In this document: positions 15,401 to 30,500 of the stretch, one piece after another
Layout: each line of letters opens with the position of its first letter
Position numbering within the stretch: position 1 is the stretch's first letter
NCBI GenBank assembly: GCA_051313645.2
Contig: JBNRSN020000089.1
Location: forward strand, 2,170,001 to 2,234,000
Origin: Centroscyllium fabricii
Taxonomy: Eukaryota
Length of the DNA: 64,000 bases
Reading direction: 5' to 3'
Notes under the pieces: model-generated
The model's database searches: none
Told to the model about the DNA's origin: nothing
Seen by the model: only the letters and a program-made list of their open reading frames with translations
Position numbers and translations under genes: made by a program

Positions 15401-18099
15401 CATCAGACAATGTCCATATGTGTACAATACATCAGAAAATATCCATCTGTGAACAAAACATCAAACAATATCCATCTATGTACAATACATCAGACAATGT
15501 CCATCTGTGAAAAATACATCAGACAATGTCCATCTGTGTACAATACATCAGACAATGTCCATCTGTGAACAATACATCAGACATTATCCATCTGTGTACA
15601 ATACATCAGACAAAGTCCATCTGTGAGCAATACATCAGACAATATCTATCTGTGAACAATACATCAGACAATATCCATCTGTGTACAATATATCAGACAA
15701 TGTCCATCTGTGAACAATACATCAGACATTATCCATCTGTGTACAATACATCAGACAATGTCCATCTCTGAACAATACATCAGACAATATCCATCTGTGA
15801 ACAATACATCAGACAATATCCTTCTGTGTACAATACATCAGACAATGTCCATCTGTGTACATTACATCAGACATTATCCATCTGTGAACAAAACATCAAA
15901 CAATGTCCATCTTTGTACAATACATCAGACAATATCCATCTGGGATCAATACATCGGACAATGTCCATCTGTGTACAATACATCAGACAATGTCAATCTG
16001 TGTACAATACATCACACAATGTCCATCTGTGTACAATACATCAGACAATGTCCATCTGAGAACAATACATCAGACAATATCCATCTGTGTACAATACATC
16101 AGACAATGTCCATCTGTGTACAATTCATCAGACAATGTCCATCTGTGTACAATACATCAGACAATGTCCGTCTGTGAACAATACATCAGACAATATCCAT
16201 CTGTGTACAATACATCAGACAATGTCCATCTGTGTACAATACATCAGACAATGTCCATCTGTGTACAATACATCAGACAATGTCCATCTGTGTATAATAC
16301 ATCAGACAATACCCATCTGTGTACAATACATCAGGCATTGTCCATCTGTGTACAATACATCAGACAATATCCATCTGTGTACAATACATCAGACATTGTC
16401 CATCTGTGTACAATACATCAGACAATATCCCTCTGTGTACAATACATCAGGCAATATCCATCTGTGAACAATACATCAGACAATGTCCATCTGTGAACAA
16501 TACATCAGACAATGTCCATCTGTGTACAATACATCACACAATTTCCATCTGTGTACAGTACATCAGAAAATGTCCATCTGTGTACAATACTTCAGACAAT
16601 GTCCATCTGTGTACAATACATCAGACAATGTCCATCTGTGAACAATACATCAGAAAATGTCCATCTGTGTACAATACATCAGACAATGTCCATCTGTGTA
16701 CAATACATCAGACAATGTCCATCTGTGAACAATACATCAGACAATGTCCATCTGTGTACAATACATCAGACAATGTCCATCTGTGTACAATACATCAGAC
16801 AATGTCCATCTGTGAACAATACATCAGAAAATGTCCATCTGCGTACAATACATCAGACAATGTCCATCTGTGAACAGTACATCAGAAAATGTCCATCTGT
16901 GTACAGTACATCAGACAATGTCCATCTGTGTACAATACATCAGCCAATGTCCATCTGTGAACAATACATCAGACAATGTCCATCTGTGAACAATACATCA
17001 GACAATGTCCATCTGTGTACAATACATCAGACAATGTCCATCTGTGTACAATACATCAGACAATGTCCATCTGTGAACAATACATCAGACAATATCAATC
17101 TGTGTACAATACATCAGACAATGTCCATCTGTGTACAATACATCAGACAATGTCCATCTGTGAACAATATATCAGAAAATGTCCATCTGTGTACAGTACG
17201 TCAGACAATGTCCATCTGTGTACAATACATCTGACAATGTCCATCTGTGAACACTACATCAGACAATGTCCATCTGTGTACAATACATGAGACAATATCC
17301 ATCTGTGTACAATACATCAGACAATGTCCATCTGTGAACAATACATCAGAAAATGTCCATCTGTGTACAATACATCAGACAATGTCCATCTGTGAACAGT
17401 ACATCAGAAAATGTCCATCTGTATACAGTACATCAGACAATGTCCATCTGTGTACAATACATCAGACAATGTCCATCTGTGAACAATAAATCAGACAATG
17501 TCCATCTGTGTACAATACATCAGACAATGTCCATCTGTGAACAATACATCAGAAAATGTCCACCTGTGCACAATACATCAGCCAATGTCCATCTGTGAAC
17601 AATACATCAGAAAATGTCCATCTGTGTACAATACATCAGACAAAGTCCATCTGTGAACAATACATCAGAAAATGTCCATCTGTGTACAATACATCAGAAA
17701 ATGTCCATCTGTGTACAATACATCAGACAATGTCCATCTGTGTACAATACATCAGACAATGCCCATCTGTACAATACATCAGACAATGTCCATCTATGAA
17801 CAATACATCTGACAATGTCCATCTGTGTACAATACATCAGACAATGTCCATCTGTGTACAATACATCAGACAATGTCCGTCTGTGTACAATACATCAGAC
17901 AATGTCCATCTGTGTACAATACATCAGACAATGTCCATCTCTGAACAATACATCAGACAATATCAATCTGTGTACAATACATCAGACAATGTCCATCTGT
18001 GTACAATACATCAGACAATGCCCATCTGTGAACAATACATCAGACAATATCCATCTGTGTACTATACATCAGACAATGTCCATCTGTGTACAATACATC

Positions 18100-21000
18100 A
18101 GACAATGTCCATCTGTGTACAATACATCAGTCAATGTCCATCTGTGTATAATACATCAGACAATATCCATCTGTGTACAATACATCAGACATTGGCCATC
18201 TGTGTACAATACATCAGACAATTTCCATCTGTGTACAATACATCAGACATTGTCCATCTGTGTACAATACAGGAGACAATATCCATCTGTGTACAATACA
18301 TCAGACAATGTCCATCTGTGAACAATACATCAGACAATGTCCATCTGTGAACAATACATCAGACATTGTCCATCTGTGTACAATATATCAGATAATGTCC
18401 ATCTGTGTACAGTACATCAGACAATGTCCATCTGTGTACAATACATCAGACAATGTCCATCTGTGTATTAATACATCAGACAATGTCCATCTGTGAAGAA
18501 TACATCTGAAAATGTCCATCTGTGTGCAATACATCAGACAATGTCCATCTGTGTACAATACATCAGACAATGTCCATCTGTGAACAATACATCAGACAAT
18601 GTCCATCTGTGTACAATACATCTAACAATGTCCATCTGTGTACAATACATCAGAAAATGTCCATCTGTGAACAATACATCACAAAATGTCCATCTGTGTA
18701 CAATATATCAGACAATGTCTATCTGTGTACAATACATCAGACAATGTCCATCTGTGAACAGTACATCAGACAATGTCCATCTGTGAACAATACATCAGAA
18801 AATGTCCATCTGTGTACAATACATTAGAAAATGTCCATCTGTGTACAATACATCAGACAATGTCCATCTGTGTACAATACATCTGACAATGTCCATCTGT
18901 ACAATACATCAGACAATGTCCCTCTGTGAACAATACATCAGACAATATCCATCTGTGTGCAATACATCAGACAATGTCCATATGTGTACAATACATCAGA
19001 AAATATCCATCTGTGAACAATACATCAAACAATGTCCATCTATGTACAATACATCAGACAATGTCCATCTGTGAAAAATACATCAGACAATGTCCATCTG
19101 TGTACAATACATCAGACAATGTCCATCTGTGAACAATACATCAGACTTTATCCATCTGTGTACAATACATCAGACAAAGTCCATCTGTGAGCAATACATC
19201 AGACAATATCTATCTGTGAACAATACATCAGACAATATCCATCTGTGTACAATACATCAGACAATGTCCATCTGTGAACAATACATCAGACATTATCCAT
19301 CTGTGTACAATACATCAGACAATGTCCATCTCTGAACAATACATCAGACAATATCCATCTGTGAACAATACATCAGACAATACCCTTCTGTGTACAATAC
19401 ATCAGACAATGTCCATCTGTGTACATTACATCAGACATTATCCATCTGTGAACAATACATCAAACAATGTCCATCTGTGTACAATACATCAGACAATATC
19501 CATCTGGGATCAATACATCGGACAATGTCCATCTGTGTACAATACATCAGACAATGTCCATCTGTGTACAATACATCACACAATGTCCATCTGTGTACAA
19601 CACATCAGACAATGTCCATCTGTGAACAATACATCAGACAATATCCATCTGTGTACAATACATCAGACAATGTCCATCTGTGTACAATACATCAGACAAT
19701 GTCCATCTGTGTACAATACATCAGACAATGTCCGTCTGTGAACAATACATCAGACAATATCCATCTGTGTACAATACATCAGACAATGTCCATTTGTGTA
19801 CAATACATCAGACAATGTCCATCTGTGTACAATACATCAGACAATGTCCATCTGTGTATAATACATCAGACAATATCCATCTGTGTACAATACATCAGGC
19901 ATTGTCCATCTGTGTACAATACATCAGACAATATCCATCTATGTACAATACATCAGACATTGTCCATCTGTGTACAATACATCAGACAATATCCATCTGT
20001 GTACAATACATCAGACAATATCCATCTGTGAACAATACATCAGACAATGTCCATCTGTGAACAATACATCAGACAATGTCCATCTGTGTACAATACATCA
20101 CACAATTTCCATCTGTGTACAGTACATCAGAAAATGTCCATCTGTATACAATACATCAGACAATGTCCATCTGTGTGCAATACATCAGACAATGTCCATC
20201 TGTGAACAATACATCAGAAAATGTCCATCTGTGTACAATACATCAGACAATGTCCATCTGTGTACAATACATCAGACAATGTCCATCTGTGAACAATACA
20301 TCAGACAATGTCCATCTGTGTACAATACATCAGACAATGTCCATCTGTGTACAATACATCAGACAATGTCCATCTGTGAACAATACATCAGAAAATGTCC
20401 ATCTGCGTACAATACATCAGACAATTTCCATCTGTGAACAGTACATCAGAAAATGTCCATCTGTGTACAGTACATCAGACAATGTCCATCTGTGTACAAT
20501 ACATCAGCCAATGTCCATCTGTGAACAATACATCAGACAATGTCCATCTGTGTACAATACATCAGACAATGTCCATCTGTGTACAATACATCAGACAATG
20601 TCCATCTGTGAACAATACATCAGACAATATCAATCTGTGTACAATACATCAGACAATGTCCATCTGTGTACAATACATCAGACAATGTCCATCTGTGAAC
20701 AATACATCAGAAAATGTCCATCAGTGTACAGTACATCAGACAATGTCCATCTGTGTACAATACATCAGTCAATGTCCATCTGTGTATAATACATCAGACA
20801 ATATCCATCTGTGTACAATACATCAGACATTGTCCATCTGTGTACAATACATCAGACAATTTCCATCTGTGTACAATACATCAGACATTGTCCATCTGTG
20901 TACAATACAGGAGACAATATCCATCTGTGTACAATACATCAGACAATGTCCATCTGTGAACAATACATCAGACAATGTCCATCTGTGAACAATACATCAG

Positions 21001-23400
21001 ACATTGTCCATCTGTGTACAATATTTCAGATAATGTCCATCTGTGTACAGTACATCAGACAATGTCCATCTGTGTACAATACATCAGACAATGTCCATCT
21101 GTGTATTAATACATCAGACAATGTCCATCTGTGAAGAATACATCTGAAAATGTCCATCTGTGTGCAATACATCAGACAATGTCCATCTGTGTACAATACA
21201 TCAGACAATGTCCATCTGTGAACAATACATCAGACAATATCCATCTGTGTACAATACATCAAACAATGTCCATCTGTGTACAATACATCAGAAAATGTCC
21301 ATCTGTGAACAATACATCACAAAATGTCCATCTGTGTACAATATATCAGACAATGTCTATCTGTGTACAATACATCAGACAATGTCCATCTGTGAACAGT
21401 ACATCAGACAATGTCCATCTGTGAACAATACATCAGAAAATGTCCATCTGTGTACAATACATTAGAAAATGTCCATCAGTGTACAATACATCAGACAATG
21501 TCCATCTGTGTACAATACATCTGACAATGTCCATCTGTACAATACATCAGACAATGTCCCTCTGTGAACAATACATCAGACAATATCCATCTGTGTGCAA
21601 TACATCAGACAATGTCCATATGTGTACAATACATCAGAAAATATCCATCTGTGAACAATACATCAAACAATGTCCATCTATGTACAATACATCAGACAAT
21701 GTCCATCTGTGAAAAATACATCAGACAATGTCCATCTGTGTACAATACATCAGACAATGTCCATCTGTGAACCATACATCAGACATTATCCATCTGTGTA
21801 CAATACATCAGACAAAGTCCATCTGTGAGCAATACATCAGACAATATCTATCTGTGAACAATACATCAGACAATATCCATCTGTGTACAATACATCAGAC
21901 AATGTCCATCTGTGAACAATACATCAGACATTATCCATCTGTGTACAATACATCAGACAATGTCCATCTCTGAACAATACATCAGAAAATATCCATCTGT
22001 GAACAATACATCAGACAATACCCTTCTGTGTACAATACATCAGACAATGTCCATCTGTGTACATTACATCAGACATTATCCATCTGTGAACAATACATCA
22101 AACAATGTCCATCTGTGTTCAATACATCAGACAATATCCATCTGGGATCAATACATCGGAGAATGTCCATCTGTGTACAATACATCAGACAATGTCCATC
22201 TGTGTACAATACATCACACAATGTCCATCTGTGTACAACACATCAGACAATGTCCATCTGTGAACAATACATCAGACAATATCCATCTGTGTACAATACA
22301 TCAGACAATGTCCATCTGTGTACAATACATCAGACAATGTCCATCTGTGTACAATACATCAGACAATGTCCGTCTGTGAACAATACATCAGACAATATCC
22401 ATCTGTGTACAATACATCAGACAATGTCCATCTGTGTACAATACATCAGACAATGTCCATCTGTGTACAATACATCAGACAATGTCCATCTGTGTATAAT
22501 ACATCAGACAATATCCATCTGTGTACAATACATCAGGCATTGTCCATCTGTGTACAATACATCAGACAATATCCATCTGTGTACAATACATCAGACATTG
22601 TCCATCTGTGTACAATACATCAGACAATATCCATCTGTGTACAATACATCAGACAATATCCATCTGTGAACAATACATCAGACAATGTCCATCTGTGAAC
22701 AATACATCAGACAATGTCCATCTGTGTACAATACATCACACAATTTCCATCTGTGTACAGTACATCAGAAAATGTCCATCTGTATACAATACATCAGACA
22801 ATGTCCATCTGTGTACAATACATCAGACAATGTCCATCTGTGAACAATACATCAGAAAATGTCCATCTGTGTACAATACATCAGACAATGTCCATCTGTG
22901 TACAATACATCAGACAATGTCCATCTGTGAACAATACATCAGACAATGTCCATCTGTGTACAATAGATCAGACAATGTCCATCTGTGTACAATACATCAG
23001 ACAATGTCCATCTGTGAACAATACATCAGAAAATGTCCATCTGCGTACAATACATCAGACAATGTCCATCTGTGAACAGTACATCAGAAAATGTCCATCT
23101 GTGTACAGTACATCAGACAATGTCCATCTGTGTACAATACATCAGCCAATGTCCATCTGTGAACAATACATCAGACAATGTCCATCTGTGTACAATACAT
23201 CAGACAATGTCCATCTGTGTACAATACATCAGACAATGTCCATCTGTGAACAATACATCAGACAATATCAATCTGTGTACAATACATCAGACAATGTCCA
23301 TCTGTGTACAATACATCAGACAATGTCCATCTGTGAACAATACATCAGAAAATGTCCATCTGTGTACAGTACATCAGACAATGTCCATCTGTGTACAATA
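18100..23400. repeat. Tandem duplication of a 2,638-bp (91-monomer) truncated HOR
   Basis: Markers at 19504/22142 and the 30-bp GTATTAATAC monomer at 18465/21103. The private variants TACAGGAGAC and ACAAAATGTC are shared. ORF pairs 18173/20811 and 19390/22028. Confidence 0.9.
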
Positions 23401-26400
23401 CATCAGACAATGTCCATCTGTGAACACTACATCAGACAATGTCCATCTGTGTACAATACATGAGACAATATCCATCTGTGTACAATACATCAGACAATGT
23501 CCATCTGTGAACAATACATCAGAAAATATCCATCTGTGTACAATACATCAGACAATGTCCATCTCTGAACAGTACATCAGAAAATGTCCATCTGTGTACA
23601 GTACATCAGACAATGTCCATCTGTGTACAATACATCAGACAATGTCCATCTGTGAACAATAAATCAGACAATGTCCATTTGTGTACAATACATCAGACAA
23701 AGTCCATCTGTGAACAATACATCAGAAAATGTCCATCTGTGCACAATACATCAGACAATGTCCATCTGTGAACAATACATCAGAAAATGTCCATCTGTGT
23801 ACAATACATCAGAAAATGTCCATCTGTGTACAATACATCAGACAATGTCCATCTGTGTACAATACATCAGACAATGCCCATCTGTACAATACATCAGACT
23901 ATGTCCATCTATGAACAATACATCTGACAATGTCCATCTGTGTACAATACATCAGACAATGTCCATCTGTGTACAATACATCAGACAATGTCCGTCTGTG
24001 TACAATACATCAGACAATGTCCATCTGTGTACAATACATCAGACAATATCCATCACTGAACAATACATCAGACAATATCAATCTGTGTACAATACATCAG
24101 ACAATGCCCATCTGTGAACAATACATCAGACAATATCCATCTGTGTACTATACATCAGACAATGTCCATCTGTGTACAATACATCAGACAATGTCCATCT
24201 GTGTACAATACATCAGTCAATGTCCATCTGTGTATAATACATCAGACAATATCCATCTGTGTACAATACATCAGACATTGTCCATCTGTGTACAATACAT
24301 CAGACAATTTCCATCTGTGTACAATACATCAGACATTGTCCATCTGTGTACAATACATGAGACAATATCCATCTGTGTACAATACATCAGACAATGTCCA
24401 TCTGTGAACAATACATCAGAAAATGTCCATCTGTGAACAATACATCAGACATTGTCCATCTGTGTACAATACATCAGATAATGTCCATCTGTGTACAGTA
24501 CATCAGAAAATGTCCATCTGTGTACAATACATCAGACAATGTCCATCTGTGTACAATACATCAGACAATGTCCATCTGTGAACAATACATCAGACAATAT
24601 CAATCTGTGTACAATACATCAGAAAATGTCCATCTGTGTACAATACATCAGACAATGTCCATCTGTGAACAATACATCAGAAAATGTCCATCTGTGTACA
24701 GTACATCAGACAATGTCCATCTCTGTACAATACATCAGACAATGTCCATCTGTGAACACTACATCAGACAATGTCCATCTGTGTACAATACATGAGACAA
24801 TATCCATCTGTGTACAATACATCAGACAATGTCCATCTGTGAACAATACATCAGAAAATGTCCATCTGTGTACAATACATCAGACAATGTCCCTCTGTGA
24901 AGAGTACATCAGAAAATGTCCATCTGTGTACAGTACATCAGACAATGTCCATCTGTGTACAATTCATCAGACAATGTCCATCTGTGAACAATAAATCAGA
25001 CAATGTCCATCTGTGTACAATACATCAGACAATGTCCATCTGTGAACAATACATCAGAAAATGTCCATCTGTGCACAATACATCAGACAATGTCCATCTG
25101 TGAACAATACATCAGAAAATGTCCATCTGTGTACAATACATCAGACAATGTCCATCTGTGAACAATACATCAGAAAATGTCCATCTGTGTACAAAACATC
25201 AGAAAATGTCCATCTGTGTACAATACATCAGACAATGTCCATCTGTGTACAATACATCAGACAATGCCCATCTGTACAATACATCAGACAATGTCCATCT
25301 ATGAACAATACATCTGACAATGTCCATCTGTGTACAATACATCAGACAATGTCCATCTGTGTACAATACATCAGACAATGTCCGTCTGTGTACAATACAT
25401 CAGACAATGTCCATCTGTGTACAATACATCAGACAATGTCCATCTCTGAACAATACATCAGACAATATCAATCTGTGTACAATACATCAGACAATGTCCA
25501 TCTGTGTACAATACATCAGACAATACCCATCTGTGAACAATACATCAGACAATATCCATCTGTGTACTATACATCAGACAATGTCCATCTGTGTTCAATA
25601 CATCAGACAATGTCCATCTGTGTACAATACATCAGTCAATGTCCATCTGTGTATAATACATCAGACAATATCCATCTGTGTACAATACATCAGACATTGT
25701 CCATCTGTGTACAATACATCAGACAATTTCCATCTGTGTACAATACATCAGACATTGTCCATCTGTGTACAATACATGAGACAATATCCATCTGTGTACA
25801 ATACATCAGACAATGTCCATCTGTGAACAATACATCAGACAATGTCCATCTGTGAACAATACATCAGACATTGTCCATCTGTGTACAATACATCAGATAA
25901 TGTCCATCTGTGTACAGTACATCAGAAAATGTCCATCTGTGTACAATACATCAGACAATGTCCATCTGTGTACAATACATCAGACAATGTCCATCTGTGA
26001 AGAATACATCTGAAAATGTCCATCTGTGTGCAATACATCAGACAATGTCCATCTGTGTACAATACATCAGACAATGTCCATCTGTGAACAATACATCAGA
26101 CAATGTCCATCTGTGTACAATACATCAAACAATGTCCATCTGTGTACAATACATCAGAAAATGTCCATCTGTGAACAATACATCAGAAAATGTCCATCTG
26201 TGTACAATATATCAGACAATGTCTATCTGTGTACAATACATCAGACTATATCCATCTGTGAACAGTACATCAGACAATGTCCATCTGTGAACAATACATC
26301 AGAAAATGTCCAACTGTGTACAATACATTAGAAAATGTCCATCTGTGTACAATACATCAGACAATGTCCATCTGTGTACAATACATCTGACAATGTCCAT

Positions 26401-27571
26401 CTGTACAATACATCAGACAATGTCCCTCTGTGAACAATACATCAGACAATATCCATCTGTGTACAATACATCAGACAATGTCCATATGTGTACAATACAT
26501 CAGAAAATATCCATCTGTGAACAATACATCAAACAATGTCCATCTATGTACAATACATCAGACAATGTCCATCTGTGAAAAATACATCAGACAATGTCCA
26601 TCTGTGTACAATATATCAGACAATGTCCATCTGTGAACAATACATCAGACATTATCCATCTGTGTACAATACATCAGACAGAGTCCATCTGTGAGCAATA
26701 CATCAGACAATATCTATCTGTGAACAATACATCAGACAATATCCATCTGTGTCCAATATATCAGACAATGTCCATCTGTGAACAATACATCAGACATTAT
26801 CCATCTGTGTACAATACATCAGACAATGTCCATCTCTGAGCAATACATCAGACAATATCCATCTGTGAACAATACATCAGACAATATCCTTCTGTGTACA
26901 ATACATCAGACAATGTCCATCTGTGTACATTACATCAGACATTATCCATCTGTGAACAATACATCAAACAATGTCCATCTGTGTACAATACATCAGACAA
27001 TATCCATCTGGGATCAATACATCGGACAATGTCCATCTGTGTACAATACATCAGACTATGTCAATCTGTGTACAATACATCACACAATGTCCATCTGTGT
27101 ACAATACATCAGACAATGTCCATCTGAGAACAATACATCAGACAATATCCATCTGTGTACAATACATCAGACAATGTCCATCTGTGTACAATACATCAGA
27201 CAATGTCCATCTGTGTACAATACATCAGACAATGTCCGTCTGTGAACAATACATCAGACAATATCCATCTGTGTACAATACATCAGACAATGTCCATCTG
27301 TGTACAATACATCAGACAATGTCCATCTGTGAACAATGCATCAGACAATGTCCATCTGTGTACAATACATCAGACAATGTCCATCTGTGTACAATACATC
27401 AGACAATGTCCATCTGTGAACAATACATCAGAAAATGTCCATCTGCGTACAATACATCAGACAATGTCCATCTGTGAACAGTACATCAGAAAATGTCCAT
27501 CTGTGTACAGTACATCAGACAATGTCCATCTGTGTACAATACATCAGCCAATGTCCATCTGTGAACAATAT

Positions 27572-30500
27572 ATCAGACAATGTCCATCTGTGAACAATAC
27601 ATCAGACAATGTCCATCTGTGTACAATACATCAGACAATGTCCATCTGTGTACAATACATCAGACAATGTCCATCTGTGAACAATACATCAGACAATATC
27701 AATCTGTGTACAATACATCAGGCAATGTCCATCTGTGTACAATACATCAGACAATGTCCATCTGTGAACAATACATCAGAAAATGTCCATCTGTGTACAG
27801 TACGTCAGACAATGTCCATCTGTGTACAATACATCTGACAATGTCCATCTGTGAACACTACATCAGACAATGTCCATCTGTGTACAATACATGAGACAAT
27901 ATCCATCTGTGTACAATACATCAGACAATGTCCATCTGTGAACAATACATCAGAAAATGTCCATCTGTGTACAATACATCAGACAATGTCCATCTGTGAA
28001 CAGTACATCAGAAAATGTCCATCTGTGTACAGTACATCAGACAATGTCCATCTGTGTACAATACATCAGACAATGTCCATCTGTGAACAATAAATCAGAC
28101 AATGTCCATCTGTGTACAATACATCAGACAATGTCCATCTGTGAACAATACATCAGAAAATGTCCATCTGTGCACAATACATCAGACAATGTCCATCTGT
28201 GAACAATACATCAGAAAATGTCCATCTGTGTACAATACATCAGACAAAGTCCATCTGTGAACAATACATCAGAAAATGTCCATCTGTGTACAATACATCA
28301 GAAAATGTCCATCTGTGTACAATACATCAGACAATGTCCATCTGTGTACAATACATCAGACAATGCCCATCTGTACAATACATCAGACAATGTCCATCTA
28401 TGAACAATACATCTGACAATGTCCATCTGTGTACAATACATCAGACAATGTCCATCTGTGTACAATACATCAGACAATGTCCGTCTGTGTACAATACATC
28501 AGACAATGTCCATCTGTGTACAATACATCAGACAATGTCCATCTCTGAACAATACATCAGACAATATCAATCTGTGTACAATACATCAGACAATGTCCAT
28601 CTGTGTGCAATACATCAGACAATGCCCGTCTGTGAACAATACATCAGACAATATCCATCTGTATACTATACATCAGACAATGTCCATCTGTGTACAATAC
28701 ATCAGACAATGTCCATCTGTGTACAATACATCAGTCAATGTCCATCTGTGTATAATACATCAGACAATATCCATCTGTGTACAATACATCAGACATTGTC
28801 CATCTGTGTACAATACATCAGAGAATTTCCATCTGTGTACAATACATCAGATATTGTCCATCTGTGTACAATACATGAGACAATATCCATCTGTGTACAA
28901 TACATCAGACAATGTCCATCTGTGAACAATGCATCAGACAATGTCCATCTGTGAACAATACATCAGACATTGTCCATCTGTGTACAATACATCAGATAAT
29001 GTCCATCTGTGTACAGTACATCAGACAATGTCCATCTGTGTACAATACACCAGACAATGTCCATCTGTGTATTAATACATCAGACAATGTCCATCTGTGA
29101 AGAATACATCTGAAAATGTCCATCTGTGTGCAATACATCAGACAATGTCCATCTGTGTACAATACATCAGACAATGTCCATCTGTGAACAATACATCAGA
29201 CAATGTCCATCTGTGTACAATACATCAAACAATGTCCATCTGTGTACAATACATCAGAAAATGTCCATCTGTGAACAATACATCAGAAAATGTCCATCTG
29301 TGTACAATATATCAGACAATGTCTATCTGTGTACAATACATCAGACAATGTCCATCTGTGAACAGTACATCAGACAATGTCCATCTGTGAACATTACATC
29401 AGAAAATGTCCATCTGTGTACAATACATTAGAAAATGTCCATCTGTGTACAATACATCAGACAATGTCCATCTGTGTACAATACATCTGACAATGTCCAT
29501 CTGTACAATACATCAGACAATGTCCCTCTGTGAACAATACATCAGACAATATCCATCTGTGTACAATACATCAGACAATGTCCATATGTGTACAATACAT
29601 CAGAAAATATCCATCTGTGAACAATACATCAAACAATGTCCAGCTATGTACAATACATCAGACAATGTCCATCTGTGAAAAATACATCAGACAATGTCCA
29701 TCTGTGTACAATACATCAGACAATGTCCATCTGTGAACAATACATCAGACATTATCCATCTGTGTACAATACATCAGACAAAGTCCATCTGTGAGCAATA
29801 CATCAGACAATATCTATCTGTGAACAATACATCAGACAATATCCATCTGTGTACAATACATCAGACAATGTCCATCTGTGAACAATACATCAGACATTAT
29901 CCATCTGTGTACAATACATCAGACAATGTCCATCTCTGAACAATACATCAGACATTATCCATCTGTGAACAATACATCAGACAATACCCTTCTGTGTACA
30001 ATACATCAGACAATGTCCATCTGTGTACATTACATCAGACATTAACCATCTGTGAACAATACATCAAACAATGTCCATCTGTGTACAATACATCAGACAA
30101 TATCCATCTGGGATCAATACATCGGACAATGTCCATCTGTGTACAATACATCAGACAATGTCCATCTGTGTACAATACATCACACAATGTCCATCTGTGT
30201 ACAATACATCAGACAATGTCCATCTGTGAACAATACATCAGACAATATCCATCTGTGTACAATACATCACACAATGTCCATCTGTGTACAATACATCAGA
30301 CAATGTCCATCTGTGTACAATACATCAGACAATGTCCGTCTGTGAACAATACATCAGACAATATCCATCTGTGTACAATACATCAGACAATGTCCATCTG
30401 TGTACAATACATCAGACAATGTCCATCTGTGTACAATACATCAGACAATCTCCATCTGTGTATAATACATCAGACAATATCCATCTGTGTACAATACATC

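Noticed and set aside
18388-18570. Minus-strand ORFs (also 21026, 28992, 32556, 42208, 50085, 53414, 62234)
   Set aside because: They are 60-79 aa and arise only where an indel or a variant monomer skips the fixed minus-strand TGA.
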